A DNA stretch of 64,000 nt from Kaistella gelatinilytica (GTDB taxonomy: Bacteria > Bacteroidota > Bacteroidia > Flavobacteriales > Weeksellaceae): the NCBI RefSeq assembly GCF_015679325.1, contig NZ_JADPVI010000002.1, positions 50,798 through 114,797 on the forward strand. The letters run 5' to 3'. The notes beneath the pieces were generated by a model. That model was not told the origin of the DNA. It saw nothing but the letters and a program-made list of their open reading frames with translations, and ran no database searches. Of this stretch, positions 48,321 through 56,817 are shown piece by piece. Both the position numbers and the translations under genes were made by a program. Each line of letters begins with the position of its first letter. The first letter of the stretch is position 1.

Positions 48321-48342
48321 TAAAAGACAGATTTGTCTTCTA
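48321..48342. promoter_or_regulatory. second copy of the operator motif ('ATAAAAGA-CAGATTTG-TCTTCTAA') upstream of the oxidase subunit I gene
   Basis: Core palindrome 'AAGACA gatt TGTCTT' at 48324..48339, ending 16 nt before the ATG. Confidence 0.45.
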
Positions 48343-48354
48343 ACTTTATTTTTT

Positions 48355-50106
48355 ATGAATAATTCAATATTTGGAGAATCAGGGGTACAGATGACCATCT
48401 TGCTGGTTTTGGTTCCACTTCTCGCGGGTTTGGTAATTGCGATCGTAAAAACCTACGGAACCTATAAAAATTTGATCAGCAGAAGGAAACTGCACGAATT
48501 TGAAAAGAAAATGGCAACCATGTCTCCGGAGGAAATTGAGCAATATGAGCAGAGAAGAAAAGAGCTCGAATATCAACTTCCACAAAATGAATTATCAGGA
48601 AACCTTGCCGCTTCAGACGCAAAAGGAATTATCAATAACATTAACAAAATTGATGAGATACGCGTAATTCCTCATAAAAAAAGTCCACTTGCGCAAAATT
48701 ATATTTCACCCGAACTTTCAAAACTAATTCTATATTTTTTAGGATTTTCTGTTCTCTGGCTTTTAGTTGGAACATCTGTGGGGGAATATCTTGGGATTAA
48801 ATTTGTTGCTCCCGACGTTGATCATCAAAGTTGGCTAAGTTTTGGGCGACTTCGACCTGTCCACACCAATCTGGTTTTCTGGGGATGGTCTTCTTTTGCA
48901 ATGGTCGGTTTATCTTATTATGTTATTCCACGAGTAAGTAATGTTGAAATTTTCAACTTGAAATTTGGCTATTACTCTTTAATACTGATGAATATAGCGG
49001 TGATTTCAGGATCAATTGCTTTGATGGCGGGAATGAATAATGCAGGTGGTGAATACCGCGAGTATATTTGGCCGATCATGGGATTATTTGCAGCGGGAAT
49101 TATACTTTCTCTTTACAATTATTTAATGACGATCGCGCGGCGGAAAACTGAAGAAATTTATGTTTCCAACTGGTATATCGTTGCTGCTATGATGTATGTC
49201 GTGGTAATTTTAGTAGTTGCTTATTTACCTTTTTGGCAGCATGGACTGGGCGAGACTATTATTCAGGGATATTACATGCACCAAGGTGTTGGGATGTGGT
49301 TCATGTTCTTGACTTTAGGTTTGATGTACTATTTCCTTCCTCAACAACTGAACAGACCTATTTATTCCTACAGTTTAGGAATTCTGGCATTCTGGACACA
49401 GATTTTATTCTATACCTTAATAGGAAGCCACCACTTTATTTTCAGTGCGATTCCCTGGTGGATGCAAACAGTAGCCATTGTTGCGAGTGTTGGAATGGTG
49501 ATTCCGGTTGTTGCTGGAACTACGAATTTTCTGTTAACCTTCAAAGGAAACTGGTACCAACTGAGATCAAGTTATACGCTTCCTTTTTATCTGATCGGAA
49601 TTATTTTTTATTTTACCGGCTCCATGCAGGGAACTGTTGAAGCATTTCGATATACCAACCTGGTTTGGCATTTTACCGATTTTACGGTTGCGCATTCACA
49701 CATGACGATGTATGGAATTATTACCTTTATGTTATGGGCATTTATCTACACGCTCGTTCCAAGATTAACAGGGAAAGAACCACCAAAAATCTGGGTCGGC
49801 ATCCATTTCTGGCTCGCTTTGATCGGCTTAATGTTTTATATTATTTCTTTAATGATAGGATCTACCGAAAAAGGATTGCTTTGGATGGCGAAGAAACCTT
49901 TTATAGAAAGTGTAGTATTAATGGCGCCGTTCTGGTTGTGGCGAGCAATTGGTGGAACCATGATGTGGATCTCTCACTTTATTTTTGCTTATAATTTTTA
50001 TAAAATGGTGAATGGAAGAGACGAAATTAAAATTCCAACTACACCAGCTGAAGTTTTGGCAGCAAAGAAAAGACTTCAAAACACTGAATTTATCCCAATT
50101 AAATAA
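48355..50106 (+). CDS. heme-copper oxidase subunit I, C-family (CcoN/NorB-like), with ~110-aa N-terminal extension
   Basis: 583 aa with at least 12 TM helices. 'FGRLRPVHTNLVFWGW', 'YYMHQGVGMW', 'GSHHFIF' and 'FTVAHSHMTMYG' carry the His ligands of low-spin heme and the binuclear centre. Confidence 0.75.
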   Translation: MNNSIFGESGVQMTILLVLVPLLAGLVIAIVKTYGTYKNLISRRKLHEFEKKMATMSPEEIEQYEQRRKELEYQLPQNELSGNLAASDAKGIINNINKIDEIRVIPHKKSPLAQNYISPELSKLILYFLGFSVLWLLVGTSVGEYLGIKFVAPDVDHQSWLSFGRLRPVHTNLVFWGWSSFAMVGLSYYVIPRVSNVEIFNLKFGYYSLILMNIAVISGSIALMAGMNNAGGEYREYIWPIMGLFAAGIILSLYNYLMTIARRKTEEIYVSNWYIVAAMMYVVVILVVAYLPFWQHGLGETIIQGYYMHQGVGMWFMFLTLGLMYYFLPQQLNRPIYSYSLGILAFWTQILFYTLIGSHHFIFSAIPWWMQTVAIVASVGMVIPVVAGTTNFLLTFKGNWYQLRSSYTLPFYLIGIIFYFTGSMQGTVEAFRYTNLVWHFTDFTVAHSHMTMYGIITFMLWAFIYTLVPRLTGKEPPKIWVGIHFWLALIGLMFYIISLMIGSTEKGLLWMAKKPFIESVVLMAPFWLWRAIGGTMMWISHFIFAYNFYKMVNGRDEIKIPTTPAEVLAAKKRLQNTEFIPIK

Positions 50107-50112
50107 TTACAC

Positions 50113-51102
50113 ATGAATTTTTATAGTAATCATAAACTGCTATTTGGGTCTGCAATTGTATTTTTCCTTTTTTTGACTTTAAATATTGCTATTTTACCTG
50201 CGATTCAAAACCAGCAGGTTTATAAACCTTTGCCCAATTCAAAACCATTGACTAGAGATGAATTGGCAGGAAAAGCCCTTTATGTTGCAAACGGTTGTAT
50301 CGCTTGTCACACTCAGCAGGTAAGAAGTGTTGAAATGGATAAAGTATTCGGTAGCCGACCAAATATTCCGGCAGATTATGCCAGAAATCAAAGAACTGAT
50401 GTCTGGAGAAATACTGCAAATTTATTAGGATCTGAAAGAACAGGACCGGATTTGACTAATATTGGAGAAAGACAACCAAGTATCGACTGGCATTTGTTAC
50501 ACCTTTATCAACCACGAGCAGTAGTCGGTCAATCGATAATGCCGGCTTTTCAGTGGCTATTTGAGGAGAAAGAATATTTGGCAAAAGGAGATGTAGAAGT
50601 TAAAGTTCCCGAAAAGTTTCTCGCACACAAATTCAAAAAAATTGTTGCTAAAAAAGAAGCGCTTCAGTTGGTAGCTTACCTTTTATCTTTGAAACAGATC
50701 AAATTACCAGATGGAATTTTAGCACCGGAATTTTTGTACAAACAGACAGAAAAAGCTGCAGCAACAGTAGCAGCTGGAGCTTTACCAGATGGCGGTGAAT
50801 TGTATAATGGAAATTGCGTTGCCTGTCACCAGTCTACCGGATTAGGTTTGCCGGGGGCTTTCCCACCATTGAAAGGAAGCCCTGTTGTACTGGGTGATGA
50901 TTTAAAATTATATGTGACCATTATTATGAAAGGCTACAATGGAAGACCGGGATATGGTGTAATGCCGCCTGTTGGGACCAATGCTAATTTCACTCCAGAA
51001 ATGGTGACCGCTTTGATGAATCACGAACGATCAAGTTGGGGCAATGCCGCAAAACCAGTGACTTTAGAAGAAGTTAAAAAAATATATGATGAGATCAAGT
51101 AA
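50113..51102 (+). CDS. di-heme c-type cytochrome subunit (CcoO-like domain fused to a class-I cytochrome c domain)
   Basis: 329 aa. An N-terminal TM. 'GCIACH...WRNTANLLGSERTGPDLTNIGERQPSIDWHLLHLYQPRAVVGQSIMP' is CcoO-like. The second 'CVACH' domain is CcoP-like. Confidence 0.7.
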   Translation: MNFYSNHKLLFGSAIVFFLFLTLNIAILPAIQNQQVYKPLPNSKPLTRDELAGKALYVANGCIACHTQQVRSVEMDKVFGSRPNIPADYARNQRTDVWRNTANLLGSERTGPDLTNIGERQPSIDWHLLHLYQPRAVVGQSIMPAFQWLFEEKEYLAKGDVEVKVPEKFLAHKFKKIVAKKEALQLVAYLLSLKQIKLPDGILAPEFLYKQTEKAAATVAAGALPDGGELYNGNCVACHQSTGLGLPGAFPPLKGSPVVLGDDLKLYVTIIMKGYNGRPGYGVMPPVGTNANFTPEMVTALMNHERSSWGNAAKPVTLEEVKKIYDEIK

Positions 51103-51156
51103 CTTTATAAAAATATAAATTTCCACAGGCTCGTATAATCTTATAAAAATAGTATT

Positions 51157-51417
51157 ATGAAAAATTATAAAAAAGTCATTTCATTTATATTCATATTGGC
51201 AGCAAACTTTGCCTTCGCTTGTGAAGCCTGCAAACTGCAGCAGCCAAAAATTACCCAAAGTTTCACCCATGGAAGCGGACCGGACAGTAAATGGGATTGG
51301 ATGATTGTCGCAGTGATCGCGATCATCACGGTTTACACTTTGTTTTATTCCGTAAAATATTTAGTAAAACCAGGCGAGAAAAATAGAGATCATATCAAAA
51401 ATTCTATTTTAAATTAA
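51157..51417 (+). CDS. small membrane protein (86 aa; CEAC motif), possible oxidase accessory subunit
   Basis: A signal-like N-terminus, 'CEAC' and one TM. Co-oriented 55 bp downstream of the cytochrome gene. Confidence 0.4.
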   Translation: MKNYKKVISFIFILAANFAFACEACKLQQPKITQSFTHGSGPDSKWDWMIVAVIAIITVYTLFYSVKYLVKPGEKNRDHIKNSILN

Positions 51418-51427
51418 ATTTAAAAAG

Positions 51428-51841
51428 ATGACCAAAGATAAAACCACCGTCCTGCTTTTCATCGATGAAGATCAACAACCGATTGCTGATCTTGAGACTC
51501 CGATTGTTTTCGACTTTGATACTTCGAAACTGACCGATGGAAATCATACTTTGAAAATAGTGAGCAGATCACCTTCTGGCAGGGAAGGAATTCGCAAATT
51601 AAATTTCATTGTAAAGAATGGACCTGCAATTAGTATTGAAGGATTACAGGATGATGACATCGTTGAAGGGACTTTTCCCCTAATGATAAATGCTTACGAC
51701 AAAGGAAATCTGAAAAGTTTTGTCATCGAAGGAAGCGAAACGCCACAAACTGTTCCTGTCTGGATGTGGGTTTTAATTATTTTGATCGCCGGCTGGAGTG
51801 CTTATTATGGCATCACCTATTTCAACGGATTTCCTATGTAG
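51428..51841 (+). CDS. hypothetical C-terminally membrane-anchored protein (137 aa)
   Basis: Soluble beta-rich N-terminal part plus the C-terminal TM 'VWMWVLIILIAGWSAYYGI'. Last gene of the apparent oxidase operon. Confidence 0.4.
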   Translation: MTKDKTTVLLFIDEDQQPIADLETPIVFDFDTSKLTDGNHTLKIVSRSPSGREGIRKLNFIVKNGPAISIEGLQDDDIVEGTFPLMINAYDKGNLKSFVIEGSETPQTVPVWMWVLIILIAGWSAYYGITYFNGFPM

Positions 51842-51906
51842 TTTTTATACTTTTCAATATTTATATCGGTTTCAAATGTTTTGAGACCGATTTTTTTGAC
51901 TCAATT

Positions 51907-52596
51907 TTAAAACGTTGAGCAGTCAATATCAAAATTAAAATTTTGAACCTCCTCATTAGAAGTTGTTATCTGTTTGGTGACACTATGAATTACACTGTAA
52001 TTTCCACCAACAAAGTAATAGAATTTCACATACATTACTGAGGATGGTTTTGCCAATAATTCAACAGAAACATTACCATCAGCTGCAACAATATCATTAT
52101 TAAAAGTTCCACTCTCGGGAGTTAAAAGTGTTGCAACATAAAGCGGTGGATTAGCATTATTACTTACCTTTAAATTAAATTTTGCAGTGATAGGTTTCCA
52201 GGCATTTATGTCCTGAACATTAGTTTTGGCAGGATCTATTACAGAATTGCTGATCTTTTCCGCGATATATCCATCGCTGTTTTCAACTTTAATAAAATAG
52301 TTTAAATCCTGCTTCGCAGGATCATTAATATAATCAAATGAAATACGGTACAACCCATTTTGATCACTTCTAACACTTGCAACCTGTTCTGTTTTTATGC
52401 AACTCGCGTAACCGCAGTAATCGCGGTATTCTGTTTTCACACTGACCAAATAATTTGAAACGGGAATGTTTCTTTGGAAATCAAATACTTTTCCGGTCAC
52501 CTCAGTTTTAATACCATCAGGCGATTTAATGATATCTTCCCTGCTGCTGCACGATATCAGGAAAAAACTGATATAAATTAAAATAATATATTTCAT
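51907..52596 (-). CDS. hypothetical lipoprotein (229 aa)
   Basis: Lipobox 'FLISCSS'. No recognised domain. Confidence 0.5.
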   Translation of the reverse strand: MKYIILIYISFFLISCSSREDIIKSPDGIKTEVTGKVFDFQRNIPVSNYLVSVKTEYRDYCGYASCIKTEQVASVRSDQNGLYRISFDYINDPAKQDLNYFIKVENSDGYIAEKISNSVIDPAKTNVQDINAWKPITAKFNLKVSNNANPPLYVATLLTPESGTFNNDIVAADGNVSVELLAKPSSVMYVKFYYFVGGNYSVIHSVTKQITTSNEEVQNFNFDIDCSTF

Positions 52597-52633
52597 TTCC
52601 TTTTTTTAATTAAATATACTAAACTTTATGAAA

Positions 52634-52665
52634 CAAAAAACCACAGAACTGATCTGTGGTTTTTA
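52634..52665. terminator. bidirectional terminator downstream of nrdA
   Basis: 'aaccacagaactgatctgtggtt' flanked by A7 and T5. Confidence 0.65.
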
Positions 52666-52685
52666 ATATGATAAGATTGTAAAGT

Positions 52686-54341
52686 CTAAGCTTCACAACT
52701 TGAACAGCTCACAAAATTCACCATCATTTCTTTCGAAACGGAAGAACTTCTTTGGTAATACAACGTTTTCACACCTTTTTTCCAGGCTTCGATATAAAGG
52801 TAATTCACATCTTTTACAGGCATCGTAGATGGAATCTGTAAATTCAGAGATTGCGCCTGATCAATATACTGCTGTCTTTGGGCGGCCTGAGAAATAATTT
52901 CCATAGGAGAAATTTCTCTGAACGTTTTGAAAACTGCTTTTTCCTCGTCGCTTAATTCTTTCAGATTTTGCACAGAACCGTGATTCAACATGATCGTTCT
53001 CCACGTATCTTCATTGTCCAACCCTTTTTCCTGAAGCAATGTTGCGAGGTATTTATTCTTGCGCATAAAGTTTCCTTTTGCCAAACCTGCTTTATAATAA
53101 TTCGAAGCAAAAGGCTCAATTCCCGGAGAAGTCTGACCTAAGATTGCGGAACTCGAAGTGGTCGGAGCAATCGCCATTGTCGTCGTATTTCGCATTCCGT
53201 AACCTTTCAATAATTCCGGTTCGCCGTAAATATTCGCCAATTCTTGGGAAGCAACAATTGATTGTTCCTTGATCTGACGGAAAGCTTTTGCATTAAATTG
53301 AGTCGCCTCAAAACTTTCAAACGGGATCATGTTTTTCTGCAAATAAGAATGATAACCCAGGACGCCTAAACCAAGCGCTCTGTGACGTAAAGCAAAGTTT
53401 CTCGCTCCTGTCAAATAATAATTACCATTCGTTTTTTCAATAAATTCAGACAAAACCGCATCTAAGAAATAGATCGCCAGTTTCACAGCATCAGTATCTT
53501 TCCATTCATCGTATAATTCTAAGTTCATGGAAGATAAACAACAGATAAACGATTCTTCTGCGCTCGAAGGCAACATGATTTCAGAACACAAATTACTTGC
53601 ATTGATCGTCATTCCAAGATCTTTGTAAACCTGTGGTTTATTTCGGTTCACGTTATCGGTAAACAAAATATACGGCAAACCTTTCTGTTGACGACTCTCT
53701 AAAACTCGCGCCCAGATCTTACGTTTGTCCATATCGCCATCGATCATATCCTGCATCCAGTAATCGGGAACGCAAATTCCGGTGAACAAATTCTGAATCG
53801 GACTTCCAATATCTTTAATGGATAAAAATTCTTCAATATCTCCGTGGTCAACATCCAGATATGCTGCAAAAGCACCACGACGAACGCCGCCTTGCGACAC
53901 CACATCCATTGCGGTATCATATAATTTCATGAACGAAACCGCGCCGGAAGATTTTCCGTTGTCGGTCACCGCAGTTCCACGATTTCTTAGTTCGCCAAAG
54001 TAACCGGAAGTTCCACCACCGATTTTCGTCTGCATGATGACTTCACCCAATTTGTGCGTAATTCCTTCGATATTATCCGGAACGTGAACATTAAAACATG
54101 AAATCGGAAGTCCTCTCTCTGTTCCCATATTTGCCCAAACTGGAGAAGAAAAACTGATCCACCCTTTCCTGATCATCTCTTCGAAAGCCGGTTGTAGTTC
54201 AGGTTTATATAATCTTTTTGCAGCGGCCGACGTAATTCTGAGAATCGCACCGTCTACAGTTTCGCCTTTTAACAAATAGCCACGGTTCAGCATTTGCTCC
54301 GATTCCTCGTTCAGCCACCAGATTTTCGATTGTTCTTCCAT
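52686..54341 (-). CDS. nrdA: ribonucleoside-diphosphate reductase alpha subunit (class Ia, no ATP cone)
   Basis: 551 aa. Catalytic 'NLCSEI', and a C-terminal 'CSSCEA' redox Cys pair. Confidence 0.85.
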   Translation of the reverse strand: MEEQSKIWWLNEESEQMLNRGYLLKGETVDGAILRITSAAAKRLYKPELQPAFEEMIRKGWISFSSPVWANMGTERGLPISCFNVHVPDNIEGITHKLGEVIMQTKIGGGTSGYFGELRNRGTAVTDNGKSSGAVSFMKLYDTAMDVVSQGGVRRGAFAAYLDVDHGDIEEFLSIKDIGSPIQNLFTGICVPDYWMQDMIDGDMDKRKIWARVLESRQQKGLPYILFTDNVNRNKPQVYKDLGMTINASNLCSEIMLPSSAEESFICCLSSMNLELYDEWKDTDAVKLAIYFLDAVLSEFIEKTNGNYYLTGARNFALRHRALGLGVLGYHSYLQKNMIPFESFEATQFNAKAFRQIKEQSIVASQELANIYGEPELLKGYGMRNTTTMAIAPTTSSSAILGQTSPGIEPFASNYYKAGLAKGNFMRKNKYLATLLQEKGLDNEDTWRTIMLNHGSVQNLKELSDEEKAVFKTFREISPMEIISQAAQRQQYIDQAQSLNLQIPSTMPVKDVNYLYIEAWKKGVKTLYYQRSSSVSKEMMVNFVSCSSCEA

Positions 54342-54454
54342 AGTTTTTTTCTCTAAAATGCACTGAGGTACATTGTGTTTTTTATTTTTTTTGAAGCATC
54401 AAATGCTTGCTTTTTATTTAAATTGTACCCGCTTTTCACTGTATCTTTTTTGTC

Positions 54455-54700
54455 ATTGCGAAAAAAGTGAAGCAATCTTTACGGAGATTTTTGCAATCGC
54501 AATACCAAAAAAGGATGCCGTTTCAATCGGGGCTATTAATTTCTATATTTTTTCTTTCGAAGATTTCTAATTCCACAAAGAGGTCGCCGCGATGCGGCTC
54601 AATTCAAATGGTCTTTTTTAATCTAGAAAGGGTTCATCGCTATGCGGCTGCGGCGACTTGTACAAGTGTCTTATTTTTCCTTAAGTCTATCAGAGATTTT
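54455..54700. repeat. cluster of mosaic intergenic repeats inside the nrdB-nrdA spacer
   Basis: Contains 'gtcattgcga...', 'ccaaaaaaggatgccgtttcaatcggggctattaa' and a GC-rich long-range inverted pair 'gtcgccgcgatgcggct ... cgctatgcggctgcggcgac'. Confidence 0.55.
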
Positions 54701-54724
54701 CAACTCTGCAGATTAAATCACCAA

Positions 54725-54982
54725 CTATTTTTGTTTATAAGACTTAATAGCGTCATCCAGGATTTTCAATAAAGAACTTTGGACAGTCGTTACTTTTTGT
54801 GATTTATAAATTCTCATATCATTAGCAAAATTAGTATAGAAAGGACTCATAAAGTCAATATCCTTCAGAAGTCCTTCAATCTGAAGTAACATTTCGCTTA
54901 TTGCGTCACTGTCTTTTGATAATTGAATCTTTTTATTTAAAATTTCTAATTGATCTATCTGGCTTGTTGAGGCTGTTTTCAT
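54725..54982 (-). CDS. hypothetical small protein (85 aa) in the nrdB-nrdA spacer
   Basis: ORF only. Predicted helical and Lys/Asp-rich. Confidence 0.3.
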   Translation of the reverse strand: MKTASTSQIDQLEILNKKIQLSKDSDAISEMLLQIEGLLKDIDFMSPFYTNFANDMRIYKSQKVTTVQSSLLKILDDAIKSYKQK

Positions 54983-55099
54983 AATAACAATTTTTGTGAA
55001 ATTAATTTAGAGAATTATTCTCTACTAACCGATAAGTTACGATTTTAGTTTTAGTACGATCATTTCAATTTAGATGATCCAAATCTCAATTCACCAATT

Positions 55100-55420
55100 C
55101 TTTTTTACTTTAAAACTTGTCGACGCTCGCTTCGCTCGCGCCACTTTTTATCTTTATAAAACCCTGTCAAGGTTCCGAGCTGTAGTCAGAGGTAAAATCT
55201 ACGAATAAGTTTTGGCTAAAGCCAGTCGCAACTTTTCTCTTTTCAAACGGACTAAAGTCCGTTCCTATTGATTTTTTCTTAAAACCGGATCGACGCTCGC
55301 TTCGCTCGCGCCCTCTTCTATTTTAAAATCCCAACTGCGCCCCGACTAGAACGAATCCCGATCTGAAATCGGAAGGGAGTGGAAGGTCTCGTCTTTTATG
55401 ACGAGAGCGCCCAAATAAAA
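55100..55420. repeat. compound intergenic repeat block directly 3' of nrdB
   Basis: Internal direct repeat 'cgacgctcgcttcgctcgcgcc' x2 (55129 and 55283). 'ccctgtcaaggtt' palindrome. A 'ggctaaagcc...actaaagtccgttcctattgat' module related to 3091..3152. A terminal 'gtggaaggtctcgtcttttatgacgagagcgcccaaataaa' module related to 101..146. Confidence 0.6.
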
Positions 55421-56395
55421 CTAGAACAAATCGTTCGAAGTAATACTCTTATCGTGTTTTGTATAATCGACGGGTCTTTTTGCGAAGAAATCATCCATTG
55501 AGTTGGCGAAAACTTCTTCTTCAAACCAAACCATCGGGCGAAATTGCTCAGGCGTAATATTGTAGCGTTTTTTCATGCCGATATTCTTCAAACTATCATC
55601 AACACGATACTTCATGAAATTTAAAAGATCGTCTTTACCGATATTGTCGATTTCTCCCATCTCGAAGATCCAGTCCAGGATTTCTTTTTCCAATTCGATG
55701 GAATGATCGACCAAAGTATAAATATCTTCGATGTCAGAATCGGTTAACAGATCGGGTTGTTCTTCGCGGATCTTGTTGATCAGATACATTCCTGCGTTGG
55801 CGTGAATCTGCTCATCAACGGAAGTCCAGGCGATAATATTGGAAACATTTTTCATGTAACCTTTGAATCTTGTGAAAGATAAAATAATCGCAAACTGAGA
55901 AAACAAGGAAACGTTTTCAATCAAAATACTGAACAGCAAAAGAGAAGAAACATATTCTTTCGGCGTTGTCGAATTCGCGTGTTTTAAAACATTGGATAGG
56001 AAATCAATTCTTTTTTTGATCGCCGGAATTTCTACAACCTGATTAAACGAATCGTTGTATCCCAAAACCTCCAACAATCTTGAATATGCTTCAGAATGAC
56101 GGAATTCGCACTCCGCGAAAGTTGAACCTAAACCATTCAATTCAGGTTTCGGCATGTGGTTGTATAAGTTTCCCCAAAACGTTTTTACAGAAACTTCGAT
56201 CTGAGCAATGGCTAAGAGAGCATTTTTGATCGCATTTTTTTCGTGCGGTTCCAGTTGAGACTGAAAATCCTGCACATCTGCGGTGAAATCAACCTCGGAA
56301 TGAACCCAGAATGATTTGTTGATGGCTTCTACGAATTGTAGAATTTCCGGATATTCGAAAGGTTTGTAGCTTACTCTTTTGTCAAAAATTCCCAT
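55421..56395 (-). CDS. nrdB: ribonucleoside-diphosphate reductase beta subunit (class Ia)
   Basis: 324 aa with di-iron ligand motifs (E..H pairs such as 'FAECEFRHSEAY'). Confidence 0.85.
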   Translation of the reverse strand: MGIFDKRVSYKPFEYPEILQFVEAINKSFWVHSEVDFTADVQDFQSQLEPHEKNAIKNALLAIAQIEVSVKTFWGNLYNHMPKPELNGLGSTFAECEFRHSEAYSRLLEVLGYNDSFNQVVEIPAIKKRIDFLSNVLKHANSTTPKEYVSSLLLFSILIENVSLFSQFAIILSFTRFKGYMKNVSNIIAWTSVDEQIHANAGMYLINKIREEQPDLLTDSDIEDIYTLVDHSIELEKEILDWIFEMGEIDNIGKDDLLNFMKYRVDDSLKNIGMKKRYNITPEQFRPMVWFEEEVFANSMDDFFAKRPVDYTKHDKSITSNDLF

Positions 56396-56817
56396 GCTCG
56401 GTTGGTTTACAAATTAGATGTTAGTGATCATTGTGGACAAAATCAACGAATAGGTTAAAACGCTGATTTTCTGAATTTTAAAATAATTTTTTATCCACAA
56501 TTCTCTGAAGATTTCTTCAGACGTGTGAATCACAAAAATAGAAAATTGATGTCTATAAAGAAAGGGCTAAATACTAAAAGTCTGACTTTGAACCTCAAAA
56601 GTTTTCCACAAAGACACACACCTTGCTCTGTTACTACATTTGCCAAGTACAAAAATGCAAACAGCGTTGTTTACGCCAATTCCTCTTAAACAAATCTCAA
56701 AAAACCTTTCTATTATTAGGCTGAACAGTTAAACAAAAGTTTAATGAAAAAGAAAAAGCAGATTGTAACAAACACTGTTATTTTGATACTTATATTTTAA
56801 ATCAATTCTACCACTGC

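Noticed and set aside
55129-55304. Direct repeats 'cgacgctcgcttcgctcgcgcc' considered as a possible CRISPR array.
   Set aside because: There are only two copies, about 150 bp apart. There is no regular repeat-spacer periodicity and no cas genes. They are part of the mosaic REP-like block.
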